Below, one piece after another: positions 39,601-47,983 of a stretch of 64,000 nt of DNA. Each line of letters starts with the position of its first letter. Position 1 is the first letter of the stretch. The position numbers were made by a program, and so were the translations under genes. The notes beneath the pieces are model-generated. The model did no database searches. It was not told the origin of the DNA and saw nothing but the letters and a program-made list of their open reading frames with translations. The stretch spans positions 5,632,001 to 5,696,000 of the forward strand of contig OZ242320.1 in NCBI GenBank assembly GCA_965208125.1, given 5' to 3'. Source of the stretch: Candidatus Latescibacterota bacterium (GTDB lineage: Bacteria; Latescibacterota; UBA2968).

Positions 39601-40238
39601 AAATGCGCGAGCAATCAAAATTGCCAATCGTAGCGCGAATGACATTCGATACGTCTGACCTGGGTGATTTTACGCTTGAAGCCCTGCAAGATCTCTATCT
39701 ACATGAGATGGGTCATTGTTTGGGAATCGGTACCGCGTGGAAACCCCTCGGCTTGTTAAAAGATCCGTCAATTAAATTCCAATTTTTTATTATTCCCATA
39801 TTAGTGGATGGTGCCGATACGCATTTCGCGGGTTCAAGTGCTATTGAGGCGTTCAATGACGCAGGCGGAACGAACTACACGGATGGGAAAGTGCCGGTGG
39901 AGAATGAAAAAGGCGGAGTGGGTACACGAGACGGTCATTGGCGGCAGTCCGTGTTTGGTCCCAATGAACTCATGGAGGGATTCGCTTCTCCCGGTGCTGC
40001 AATGCGCCAACCGTTGAGCGCGATCACGATCCAGTCTCTATCTGATCTGGGCTACATCGTCGATGTCAGCCAGGCTGACGCGTACACCCTCCCCTCTCCT
40101 GCCGCTGCTAAATTGGCGATAGCGTCTGAGCACCTGATCCCGATTAACTGCCTCCTGACAGAACCCATCGGCGTAATTGATGAATACAAGCAGATCGAGT
40201 TGAAGCCCAAACGCTCAAGGATACGTGAGGATCAATAA
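33696..40238 (+). CDS. 2180-aa surface protein: dockerin-like module, 2 unknown beta repeats, 5 CARDB-like, 4 cadherin-like and 4 FN3 domains, C-terminal leishmanolysin (M8)-like zinc protease
   Basis: LDFDGSGIVDFPDY..YDLNGDGKIAFEDF; DLIV..ATVRNQG..YYYGACVD x5; NQ.PVF..AENT..DYETK..DENE x4; LRWTAP..YDVQY..Y..QVRA x4; HEMGH..GHW..ELM. Confidence 0.9.
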   Translation: MKMKPPVKFLSLVLGITSLLSLIFLIYPRSLSPQTSSVALETTAPPSLDFDGSGIVDFPDYLMFISAFGSEEGQDKYDAKYDLNGDGKIAFEDFLILTDNFGKNVVAQKSPTSSDQNASTTQSMAENTGTTGATLPITSLEESLVASTPQPLTEATLNGSVVTLTLSGATYESFSFSISNAVKVSGISGVTFNSFFHVERVSDTVVTVELTFNGDIDTDGTLTFTVEAGAIAGYSGSALTATLPVTAIQESMVASTPQPLTEATLNGSVVTLTLTGRSYEWSFAISPALTVSGISGVTFDGFFDVDRVSDTVVTVELTFNGNMTTDGTLTFTLEASAIAAYNGAPFTATLPVTDSSDNGGQPPPQPPPQPPPQPPPQPPPGGGTPTESPDLIVETPTVSDSSPDAGSSFTLSATVRNQGGSRSASTTLRYYLSTDATITTGDTEVETDYVSRINPSGTSDESARIEAPSSEGTYYYGACVDVVDGESDTGNNCSSAVTVTVLGSDLIVESPAVSESSPGPGASFILSATVRNQGGGRSASTTLRYYLSTDATITTSDTEVETDYVSYLDTSETSDERAYLEAPSSEGTYYYGACVESVTGENDTGNNCSSAVTVTVSGSDLIVDSPTVSESNPKAGASFRLYATVRNQGGSRSESTTLRYYLSTDVTINTNDQEIETDYVSRLAPSETSEESAYLNAPSSAGTYYYGACVEAVTGESDTGNNCSSAVTVTVGGTTPPPPPTPNQPPVFSEGTSTTRSIAENTGAGQNIGIPISATDGDGDRLTYSLEGADARAFTIISGSGQLRTRSGVTYDYETKNSYSVTVRVQDSKGGSATIAVTITLTDENEAPGRPDAPTVTASTLNSLSLRWTAPTASGSAISDYDVQYKAAGGSFTDWPHTGTSTNTTITGLTANTRYEIQVRARNAQGVSNWSPSATGTTTANQAPVFSEGASTTRSIAENTGTGQNIGNPVSATDGDNDQITYSLEGRDASAFTIQSNSGQLKTRSGQTYDYETKDRYSVTVRAQDGKGGSATIAVTITLTDENEPPGRPAAPTVTASSNSLSLRWTAPENTGPAISDYDIQYRTSGGNFTDWPHTGTNTNTTITGLTANTSYEVQVRATNGEGTGDWSPSGSGTTSSTDANNPDLIVESPSVDNNTLSPEQSFRLRATVRNRGGERSASTTLRYYLSTDNTISTSDTEVGTDYVSRLNASASSDESVRLNAPSSEGTYYYGACVESVSGESDTGNNCSSAVTVTVMGSDLIVESPSVSNSSPGPGASFTLSATVRNRGSGRSSSTTLRYYLSTDQTIDQSDTEIDTDYVSSLDPSETSDELVFLSAPSSAGRYYYGACVDAVTGESDTGNNCSSTVIVTVRSAPPPPAPNQPPVFSEGTSTTRSMAENTGAGQNIGNPVSATDSDGDRLTYSLQGGDASAFTIISGSGQLKTRSGVTYDYETKDTYSVTMRVQDGEGGSATIAVTITLTDENEPPDRPDAPVVTASTLNSLSLRWTAPTNPGPAISDYDVQYKAAGGSFTDWPHTGTGTTTTITGLTANTRYEIQVRAHNAQGVSDWSPSVTGTTIANQSPVFSEGTSTTRSIAENTGTGQNTGNPVSATDGDNDPITYSLEGRDASAFTIVSDSGQLKTQSGETYDYETKDTYSVTVRAQDNKGGSATIAVTITLTDENEPPGRPAAPTVTASSNSLSLRWTAPENTGPAISDYDVQYRATGGSFTDWSHIGPGLSTTITGLMSETTYEVQVRATNDEGTSGWSPSGNGTTSRPAPGFAPVDQNAFNTFVSDKVLSVESYYIEFLSAGRFEENNAYPGSYTFSNTGSNTGIFTQNYDGGHLGGTCTIEMTFSSTTTGTLRAKCGSEQNYDSPQAWQFSDPPDPNAFNIEVIWVGSQPSAAHQAAFNAAVTRWESIITSDIPDVFVSSDEGGTIDGVKVFGLVDDLRIYARLANIDGPGETLGSAGPRKMREQSKLPIVARMTFDTSDLGDFTLEALQDLYLHEMGHCLGIGTAWKPLGLLKDPSIKFQFFIIPILVDGADTHFAGSSAIEAFNDAGGTNYTDGKVPVENEKGGVGTRDGHWRQSVFGPNELMEGFASPGAAMRQPLSAITIQSLSDLGYIVDVSQADAYTLPSPAAAKLAIASEHLIPINCLLTEPIGVIDEYKQIELKPKRSRIREDQ
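34776..34835 (+). repeat. Perfect 12-bp tandem repeat x5 encoding (QPPP)5 linker
   Basis: (caaccaccaccg)5. Confidence 0.95.
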
Positions 40239-40270
40239 CACGCAACCTTCAGCAAAAGGAGAACTCTCAG

Positions 40271-42403
40271 ATGAAAAAGAGCCGCTTATTTTCCCTCGCT
40301 CTCTTGTTGGTCGGGGTCCTGTTAGTGCAGGACAGCCGAGGCCAGACCACCCTTGAAGGACATACGGGTGATGTCACTTCCGTAGCATTTTCACATGACG
40401 GGACTATCCTCGCTTCAGGAGGGGGAACATTTGATGATACGGTGAAGCTATGGGATGTGGCGAAAAGAGAAATTATCGCTACACTGGAAGGGCATAGAGG
40501 GGGGGTTACGTCAGTAGCGTTTTCATCCAATGGAATGTTGGCTTCCGGATCAGGGGATGGCACGGTCGTGCTGTGGGACGTGGCGACACGCGAAGTTATC
40601 GCTACACTGGAGGGGCAAGGTAGTCGGGGTGCTTCCACCATAGCGTTTTCTCCTGATGGGATGATTCTCGCTTCAGGAGGAAGGGTAGGTCTGGATGGAA
40701 CGGTCAGGTTGTGGGACGTGGCGAAAAGAGAGCTCATCGCCACTCTGGAAGATGGGGATGCGGTTTCTTCGGTAGCATTTTCGTCCGATGGGACGATTCT
40801 CGCTTCAGGAGGAAGGGATGGACTTGATGGCACGGTCAGGTTGTGGGATGTGGCGACACACACAAATATCGCCACCCTGAGGCATTGGAGCGAAGTTGTT
40901 TCGGTAGCGTTTTCCCGGGATGGTACGATCCTCGCTTCAGGGTCAAGTGACAACATAGAGTTGTGGGACGTGGCGAAAAGAGAAAGTATCGCTACCCTGG
41001 AAGGGCATACGCAGGGTGTCACTTCGGTGGCGTTTGCACCAGATGGGACACTGGCTTCAGGATCAAGAGATGACACCGTGAAGCTGTGGGACGTGGCGAA
41101 AAGAGAGCTCATCGCCACTCTGGAAGATGGGGATAATGTCACTTCGGTAGCGTTTTCACCAGATGGAGTGCTACTGGCTTCAGGGTCAGAGGATAGAACG
41201 GTGAAGCTGTGGAATGTGGCGACAATAGAACCGACCGAAGACACAAATATCGCTACTCTGGAAGGGCATAGCTATGATGTCACTTCAGTGGCGTTTTCAC
41301 CACCGGATGGAAAGATACTCGCTGTTGGATCAGAGGACAATACCTTCAGTTTATGGAATATCCAAACAAAAGAACGTGTCGCTACGGTCTTTGGAGATGG
41401 TAGGGGTGCGGTTACTTCGGTGGCATTTTCACCACCGGATGGAAAGATACTCGCTACCGCACGGGATAACAACCGAATTGAGTTATGGGACGCGGCGACA
41501 CGCACAAATACCGAGTTAGAGGTAATCACACGCAAAAGTATCGCCATCCTTGGAGAATATATGGAGAATTTGGATGTCCGTTCGGTAGCGTTTTCACCCG
41601 ATGGGAAGATACTCGCTGCCGTGTATAGTGATAACACGATGAAACTATGGAATGTGGAGACGCGCGAAGTTATTGCGACTCTGAAAGGGCATGGTAGTCG
41701 GGGTGCTTCCATAGCATTTTCGCGTGATGGGATGCTGCTGGCTTCCGGAGGGGGAGCATTTGATGAAGAAACGGTTTTGCTGTGGAACGCAACGACACGC
41801 GAAGTTATCGCGACCCTGGAGGGGCAAGGTCCGGTAGCATTTTCGCGTGATGGGATGCTGCTGGCTTCTGGAGGGGGGAACAGAGGATACACGGTTTTGC
41901 TGTGGGACGTGGCGAAAAGAGAACTTATCGCTACCCTGGAAGGGCATAGCAGTGATGTCACTTCAGTAGCGTTTTCACCCGATGGGATGCTGCTGGCTTC
42001 CGGAGGAGGGGCATTCGATGAAACAGTGAAACTGTGGGACGTGGCGAAAAGAGAACTTATCGCTACCCTGAGGGGGCATAGCAATGAAGTCACTTCGGTG
42101 GCGTTTTCACCCGATGGGATGCTGCTCGCTTCAGGGTCAGAGGATGCAACTGTAAAGCTGTGGGATATCTCGTCGTATAGCACATCTCAACCTCCTGCAC
42201 CACCTCAACCGCCTACTCCCGACTTTGATGGCGATGGGACTGTTGGCTTTGCCGACTTTTTGCAGTTTGTAGCGCTATTTGGATTGAGCCGAGATGATGC
42301 GGGATATGACGCGCGGTACGATCTGGATGGCGATGGCACCATTGGGTTTGGTGACTTTCTGCTCTTTGTCAACGCCTTTGGCAAAGAAGGGGCCTCGAAT
42401 TGA
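40271..42403 (+). CDS. Secreted WD40 repeat protein with C-terminal dockerin-like module
   Basis: Signal peptide ..VQDSRGQ; about 14 WD40 repeats; PDFDGDGTVGFADFL..YDLDGDGTIGFGDFL. Confidence 0.92.
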   Translation: MKKSRLFSLALLLVGVLLVQDSRGQTTLEGHTGDVTSVAFSHDGTILASGGGTFDDTVKLWDVAKREIIATLEGHRGGVTSVAFSSNGMLASGSGDGTVVLWDVATREVIATLEGQGSRGASTIAFSPDGMILASGGRVGLDGTVRLWDVAKRELIATLEDGDAVSSVAFSSDGTILASGGRDGLDGTVRLWDVATHTNIATLRHWSEVVSVAFSRDGTILASGSSDNIELWDVAKRESIATLEGHTQGVTSVAFAPDGTLASGSRDDTVKLWDVAKRELIATLEDGDNVTSVAFSPDGVLLASGSEDRTVKLWNVATIEPTEDTNIATLEGHSYDVTSVAFSPPDGKILAVGSEDNTFSLWNIQTKERVATVFGDGRGAVTSVAFSPPDGKILATARDNNRIELWDAATRTNTELEVITRKSIAILGEYMENLDVRSVAFSPDGKILAAVYSDNTMKLWNVETREVIATLKGHGSRGASIAFSRDGMLLASGGGAFDEETVLLWNATTREVIATLEGQGPVAFSRDGMLLASGGGNRGYTVLLWDVAKRELIATLEGHSSDVTSVAFSPDGMLLASGGGAFDETVKLWDVAKRELIATLRGHSNEVTSVAFSPDGMLLASGSEDATVKLWDISSYSTSQPPAPPQPPTPDFDGDGTVGFADFLQFVALFGLSRDDAGYDARYDLDGDGTIGFGDFLLFVNAFGKEGASN

Positions 42404-42434
42404 AACAATTTCAATAGGAAAAGAGATTATTGCC

Positions 42435-44351
42435 ATGTCCATTTTCAAACCCCTATCACTCTGTTTCCTATTCGTATCACTGCTTTTGCCCTCCTCATTT
42501 GCGATCATCACTTTTACTGGCCCTGCAACTGGCCCTGGTGATTTTGATGGCAACGGGAATGTAAATATAGCGGACTTTCTACTATTTATGGACGTGTTCG
42601 GCAAGTCATCGTCGGATGTGGGATTTGATGCGCGGATGGATTTTGATGGCAATGGGAATGTAAATATAGCGGACTTTCTGCTCTTTGTAGATGTGTTTGG
42701 CACAACGTATTCCACAGGTGGCGGGCAAGGCGATGACGACAGTAGTGTTATACCGCCCTCACCTGCCAATGTACGGTATCAGTGGGCAGAGGGACAATAT
42801 CAAATCTCCTGGGATCCTTCCCCTAACGCAACTTCTTATCGGGTATATTACGACAATGCTACAGCCTTCGCTGATGTTAGTTGCCCAGGGAGTTGTAGCG
42901 AAATAGTCACTGTGAGTAACACAACCATTAGTCACTTTAAGCACCGTGAAGGTGAACGCAAAATAGGGTACTGGGTACGGGCCTGTAATGACGCAGGCTG
43001 TTCAAACTATGTTAGAGCATCCAGGAGCGGTGGTGACAGTAGTGCCCCGCCCCCACCCAGCAATGTAAAATATCAATGGGATGGATCTATTTCTCAATAC
43101 AGAATCTCCTGGGATCCTTCCCCTAACGCGACTTCTTATCGGGTATATTACGACAATGCTACAGCCTTTGATGTTAGTTGCCCAGGGAGTTGTAGCGAAA
43201 TAGTCACTGTGAGTAACACAACCATTAGTCACTTTAAGCACCGTGAAGGTGAACTCGCTGGCTTTCTAAACCTCTACACACGCAAAATAGGGTACTGGGC
43301 ACGGGCCTGTAATGACGCAGGCTGTTCAAACTATGTTAGAGCATCCAGGGGCGATGATATTGGTCCAGACCTGATTGTTGAATCGGCTTCTGTAAATAAT
43401 GGCAGCCCCAACGCGGGCCAGTCCTTCACGCTGAGTGTCACGGTTCGCAACCAGGGCAATCGTCAGTCTCCCGCTACAATGCTACGCTATTATCGCTCGT
43501 CAAATTCGACTATATCAAGGAATGATACGGCAGTGGGCACGGACGCTGTGAGCAGTCTTTCAACTTCTGGTGTGACTTCTAAATCAATCAGCCTGACAGC
43601 ATCATCAAGCTATTACTACGGTGCTTGTGTGGATGCCGTCAATTATGACATTGACGAAAGCAATGACTGTTCCAGCGGTGTTCCTGTCATTGTTGGTGGG
43701 CAACCTCTATCAACAATAACAGTCATTGAACTGGATGCCTCTAATAATTCTCCTGAAGGTATCACCTACGCTAATGACAGATTCTATGTCGTTGATAGTT
43801 TCCGAAATAAGGTATATGCGTACATGAGTTCTGGACAACGCGATGCTACTTCGGACTTTGAAATATCTGCCAGTATTCACTGGCCTGAAGGTATCACCTA
43901 CGCCAATGACAGATTCTATGTCGTTAATGATCGGGACGACAAGGTATATGCGTACATGAATTCTGGACAACGCGATGCTGCTTCAGACTTTGAACTATCT
44001 TCCGATAATAATTCTCCTACAGGTATCACCTATGCCAATGACAGATTCTATGTCGTTGAGACCGGAGGTAGAGTATATGCATATATGAGTTCTGGGCAGC
44101 GCGATGCTGCTTCAGACTTTGAACTATCTTCCGGCAATAATTCTCCTGAAGGTATCACCTACGCCAATGACAGATTCTATGTCGTTGAGACCGGAGGTAA
44201 AGTATATGCATACATGAGTTCTGGGCAACGCGATGCTGCTGCTTCAGACTTTGAACTATCTTCCGGCCATACTACCGGTATCACCTACGGCAATGGCAGA
44301 TTCTATGCCGTTGATAGGTCAAGGGGTAAAGTATATGTGTTCAATCCCTAA
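42435..44351 (+). CDS. Secreted protein: dockerin-like + 2 Cys-containing FN3-like + CARDB-like + 5 GITYANDRFYVV propeller repeats
   Basis: Start taken at MSIFKPL (42435); motifs read directly from the translation. Confidence 0.85.
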   Translation: MSIFKPLSLCFLFVSLLLPSSFAIITFTGPATGPGDFDGNGNVNIADFLLFMDVFGKSSSDVGFDARMDFDGNGNVNIADFLLFVDVFGTTYSTGGGQGDDDSSVIPPSPANVRYQWAEGQYQISWDPSPNATSYRVYYDNATAFADVSCPGSCSEIVTVSNTTISHFKHREGERKIGYWVRACNDAGCSNYVRASRSGGDSSAPPPPSNVKYQWDGSISQYRISWDPSPNATSYRVYYDNATAFDVSCPGSCSEIVTVSNTTISHFKHREGELAGFLNLYTRKIGYWARACNDAGCSNYVRASRGDDIGPDLIVESASVNNGSPNAGQSFTLSVTVRNQGNRQSPATMLRYYRSSNSTISRNDTAVGTDAVSSLSTSGVTSKSISLTASSSYYYGACVDAVNYDIDESNDCSSGVPVIVGGQPLSTITVIELDASNNSPEGITYANDRFYVVDSFRNKVYAYMSSGQRDATSDFEISASIHWPEGITYANDRFYVVNDRDDKVYAYMNSGQRDAASDFELSSDNNSPTGITYANDRFYVVETGGRVYAYMSSGQRDAASDFELSSGNNSPEGITYANDRFYVVETGGKVYAYMSSGQRDAAASDFELSSGHTTGITYGNGRFYAVDRSRGKVYVFNP

Positions 44352-44473
44352 TGAGCAAGTCCGCCGATTTCGCGGGACTTTAGCGAAGAGACATGCTATT
44401 CTCGCGCATCTGATACTTCTTTTGAGCGAGAAGCCTCGCGACACTCAGCCTTCAGAGCAAGGAGGGTGCTCAC

Positions 44474-46474
44474 ATGAAAAAGGCCCTATTGTTCAACCTC
44501 ATCCTCTCTTTCCTATTCGCATCACTGCTTTTTATCCCCTCATTTGCCCAACACTTTTTAGGCGCATTGTCGGGGTTGGTACTCCAGGTGGATACGCAGA
44601 TCGAAAGCCCTGTTCAAAACAACAATGTGCAAATCCTTCCCGAACAAAAGGCGGGGGATACGATCCAGTTTCAGCTTTTCGTTCCGGCAGGTGCGGGTCA
44701 ATCTACCAATGGTTATACAGTGGAGCTCGATCTGCCGGGCAAGACATTTTCCAGCTATATTGGAAATGTATCGGGCACGGATTGGACAGGAGGAGCGCTG
44801 ATAAGCACTGGATCTACAAAGTTATCCGCGTTATTCCCCACGGGTGCTTCTTTGCCCTCAACGGGTTATTTGGGGCAGCTTGATTTGCAGGTGGTGAGGT
44901 CGCTTGAAGGCAGTGCAACACTAATCGTCAAAAGCCTTTCAATAACCAGTGAGAGCGATGTTGACGTATTAGATGTATCCAATGCGATTATCACCTTTAC
45001 AGCACCTGCAACTAACCCCGGTGATTTTGATGGTAATGGCAACGTAAATTTGGCGGACTTTCTGCTCTTTGTCTCAGTTTTTAACAAGTCATCGTCGGAT
45101 ATGGGATTTGATGCACGGATGGATTTTGATGGCAATGGGAACGTAAATCTGGCGGACTTTCTGCTCTTTGTAGATGTGTTTGGCACAACGTATCCCACAG
45201 GCGGCGGGCAAAGCGGCGGCGACAGTAATGTTATACCGCCTCCACCTGACAATGCACAGTATCAATGGGATCCTTCTACTTCTTTATATCAAATCTTCTG
45301 GGATCCTTCTCCTAACGCAACTTCTTATCGGGTATATTACGACAGTGCTGATTTATTGGATGTTAGTTGCCCAGGGGGCTGTAGACAAATAGCTAATGTG
45401 AGTAACACAACCTTTGCTCACTTTAGCAGTCATGGCATCATAGGATACTGGGTACGGGCCTGTAATGACGCAGGCTGTTCAAACTATGTTAGAGCATCCA
45501 GGAACGGCGATGACAGTAGTGCCCCACCCTCACCTGACAATGTACGGTATTGGTGGGATACTTCTATTTATGAATATAGAATCTCCTGGGATCCTTCTCC
45601 TGGCGCAACTTCTTATCGGGTATATTACGACAGTGCGACTTTCTTTAATGTTAGTTGCCCGGGGGGCTGTAGGCGAATAGCTACTGTGGGTGACACGACC
45701 ATTACTCATATTAGTAGTCATTTCAAAATAGGATACTGGGTAAGAGCCTGCGATGACGCGAACTGTTCAAACTATGTTAGAGCATCCTATGTTAGAGCAT
45801 CGGAGGTTGGGGGGTACCCCCCAACAACAACAATCTTCGAACTGGATACCTCTCATGATTCTCCTAAAGGGATCACCTACGCCAATGACAGATTCTATGT
45901 GGTTGATGATATTTCCTTCCGTAGCGGCAAGGTATATGCGTACCTGAGTTCTGGGCAACGCGATCCTGCTTCCGACTTCGACCTATCTCCTCAATGGACG
46001 CCTGAAGGGATCACCTACGCCAATGACAGATTCTATGTGGTTGATGATTACCGGGATAAAGTATTTGCGTACCTGAGTTCTGGGCAGCGCGATCCTGCTT
46101 CCGACTTCGACCTATCTTCCAACACCGAAAGGGCTAAAGGGATCACCTACGCCAATAACAGGTTCTATGTGGTTGATGATCGCCGGGATAAAGTATTTGC
46201 GTATATGAGTTCTGGGCAGCGCGACCCTGCTTCCGATTTCGACCTATCTCCCCAAAATTGGTCGTCTGAAGGGATCACCTACGCCAATGACAGGTTCTAT
46301 GTGGTTGATGGTCACCGGTACAAGGTATTTGCGTATATGGGTTCTGGGCAGCGCGACCCTGCTTCCGACTTCAATCTGTCTCCCGAAAGAGGATCGCCCA
46401 GAGGGATCACCTACGCCAATGGCAAATTCTACCTGGTTGTGTATAGTATAGTCTATGAGGTTGATCCCCAATGA
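44474..46474 (+). CDS. Secreted paralog: cohesin-like beta domain + dockerin-like + 2 FN3-like + 5 propeller repeats
   Basis: AGGAGG RBS; GDTIQFQLFV..GYTVEL..GYLGQLDLQV beta-sandwich; two DFDGNGNVNLADFL loops. Confidence 0.85.
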   Translation: MKKALLFNLILSFLFASLLFIPSFAQHFLGALSGLVLQVDTQIESPVQNNNVQILPEQKAGDTIQFQLFVPAGAGQSTNGYTVELDLPGKTFSSYIGNVSGTDWTGGALISTGSTKLSALFPTGASLPSTGYLGQLDLQVVRSLEGSATLIVKSLSITSESDVDVLDVSNAIITFTAPATNPGDFDGNGNVNLADFLLFVSVFNKSSSDMGFDARMDFDGNGNVNLADFLLFVDVFGTTYPTGGGQSGGDSNVIPPPPDNAQYQWDPSTSLYQIFWDPSPNATSYRVYYDSADLLDVSCPGGCRQIANVSNTTFAHFSSHGIIGYWVRACNDAGCSNYVRASRNGDDSSAPPSPDNVRYWWDTSIYEYRISWDPSPGATSYRVYYDSATFFNVSCPGGCRRIATVGDTTITHISSHFKIGYWVRACDDANCSNYVRASYVRASEVGGYPPTTTIFELDTSHDSPKGITYANDRFYVVDDISFRSGKVYAYLSSGQRDPASDFDLSPQWTPEGITYANDRFYVVDDYRDKVFAYLSSGQRDPASDFDLSSNTERAKGITYANNRFYVVDDRRDKVFAYMSSGQRDPASDFDLSPQNWSSEGITYANDRFYVVDGHRYKVFAYMGSGQRDPASDFNLSPERGSPRGITYANGKFYLVVYSIVYEVDPQ

Positions 46475-46523
46475 GCAATCCGCAGATTTCGCAGGAACCG
46501 GGCAAGGGCAGAGGAACAAACTC

Positions 46524-47849
46524 ATGAAAACGCCAGCTATGAATTATAAATTTCTCCTACTGATTTTAGTCTTGTCGGCCTTCGCACAGGGTATCGGCTA
46601 CGGGCAAGAATCTGTCCCCTCGGTGAATGAATCAGGGGCGGATGCCACACTAAGCAGGCTGACGGCCAGCCCGGTGGACATTATCGGCTTCGACAGCGAT
46701 GTAACCGAATACCATGTCGGCGTTGCGAACTCGGTAACTCAGGTCACCATAACGGCAACCACTACAGATGCAGGTGCGACCATCGAGATGGGTAAGAGTG
46801 AGACAGACAAGAACACCGTCGCCAGTGGTTCAGCGCAGGTGTTCTTGCTGGATGAGGGTCGGAACACCGTGTATGTATGGGTTACGTCCCAAAGCGGAAC
46901 TATAAAGAAAATCTATACAATCATAGTGGGCAGGAGCGTCGATTCTGCGTTCAGCTGGAAGACCGTTGACGACTTCAACACGCTGCGTGCTGCTGGAAAT
47001 CGAAGCATTGACGGCATCTGGTCGGACGGGACGACTATGTGGGTGGCGGACGAAAGCGGCGACGAGAAATTGTATGCCTATGACATGACATCCAAGGAGC
47101 ATGTTCCGGAAAAAGACATCAATACGCTGGATGCCGCCGATAACGATGCCCCAGACGGTATCTGGTCGGACGGGGTGACGATGTATGTCGCGAACGACCC
47201 GTCCTTCTTCGAGAAGATTTATGCGTACGACCTGGCGACCGGGATCAGGGACCGAGACAAAGACATAAATGCACTGGAAATTGCGGGAAACGACAACCCG
47301 GAAGGCATCTGGTCGGACGGAACGACCATGTGGGTGGCAGACATCTCTGACGAGAAATTGTATGCCTATGACCTGACGACCAAGGAGCGTGTCCCGAACA
47401 AAGACTTCAACACGCTGGATGCCGCCGGAAACGACGATCCGACGGGCATCTGGTCGGATGGGACGACCATGTGGGTAGCGGACGACTGGGACGAGAAATT
47501 GTATGCCTATGACCTGATGTCTAAAGAGCGTGTCCCGGACAAAGATTTCAATACACTGAAATCTGCTGGAAACAGTAGCCCGGAAGGCATCTGGTCGGAT
47601 GGGACGACCATGTGGGTGGCGGACGACTGGGACGAAAAAATATATGCCTACAACATGCCGTCCAACGGAGGCGCAACAGCGGGCGTGACCGACTTCAATG
47701 GCGACGGTCGGACCGATTTGGCTGACTTCTTACTGTTCGTCAATGCGTTCGGCGGTACCGACGCCCGCTTTGATCTGGATGGGGATGGCACCGTCGGGCT
47801 TGGTGATTTTCTGATCTTTGTGGATGCCTTTGGCAAAGAAGGGGCATAG
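46524..47849 (+). CDS. Secreted protein: cadherin-like beta-sandwich + 5 GIWSDGTTMWV repeats + dockerin-like module
   Basis: DATLSRL..F....TEY...V.N..VTITAT; 5 repeats; DFNGDGRTDLADFL..FDLDGDGTVGLGDFL. Confidence 0.85.
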   Translation: MKTPAMNYKFLLLILVLSAFAQGIGYGQESVPSVNESGADATLSRLTASPVDIIGFDSDVTEYHVGVANSVTQVTITATTTDAGATIEMGKSETDKNTVASGSAQVFLLDEGRNTVYVWVTSQSGTIKKIYTIIVGRSVDSAFSWKTVDDFNTLRAAGNRSIDGIWSDGTTMWVADESGDEKLYAYDMTSKEHVPEKDINTLDAADNDAPDGIWSDGVTMYVANDPSFFEKIYAYDLATGIRDRDKDINALEIAGNDNPEGIWSDGTTMWVADISDEKLYAYDLTTKERVPNKDFNTLDAAGNDDPTGIWSDGTTMWVADDWDEKLYAYDLMSKERVPDKDFNTLKSAGNSSPEGIWSDGTTMWVADDWDEKIYAYNMPSNGGATAGVTDFNGDGRTDLADFLLFVNAFGGTDARFDLDGDGTVGLGDFLIFVDAFGKEGA

Positions 47850-47983
47850 AATTGGCCTATCTGTGTATCCACGCCTTTAGATAATATGTATGGGGATGAT
47901 AGGATAGTTTTGGTAGGCGTCTTAAGTGCTTTTTGAGTTCCAATAGTTTTAAAACGGCATCTTAACAGTAAAAGAGATCCTCC

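Noticed and set aside
40267-42183. Antisense ORFs of 325 and 303 aa
   Set aside because: Same WD40 shadow effect.
42294-42434. N-terminal extension of the 685-aa ORF
   Set aside because: It overlaps the previous gene's tag in another frame, and the signal peptide starts at 42435. Similar over-extensions were trimmed at 24024, 25752, 27387, 46455 and 52909.
42750-43350. Near-identical pair suggesting a DGR template and variable repeat
   Set aside because: Both copies are coding, the differences are mainly indels rather than adenine-specific changes, and no reverse transcriptase is present in the window.
43730-46460. Regularly spaced DNA repeats with variable gaps, superficially CRISPR-like
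   Set aside because: They are in-frame protein repeats of about 130 bp with constant parts far longer than the variable parts, and there are no cas genes.
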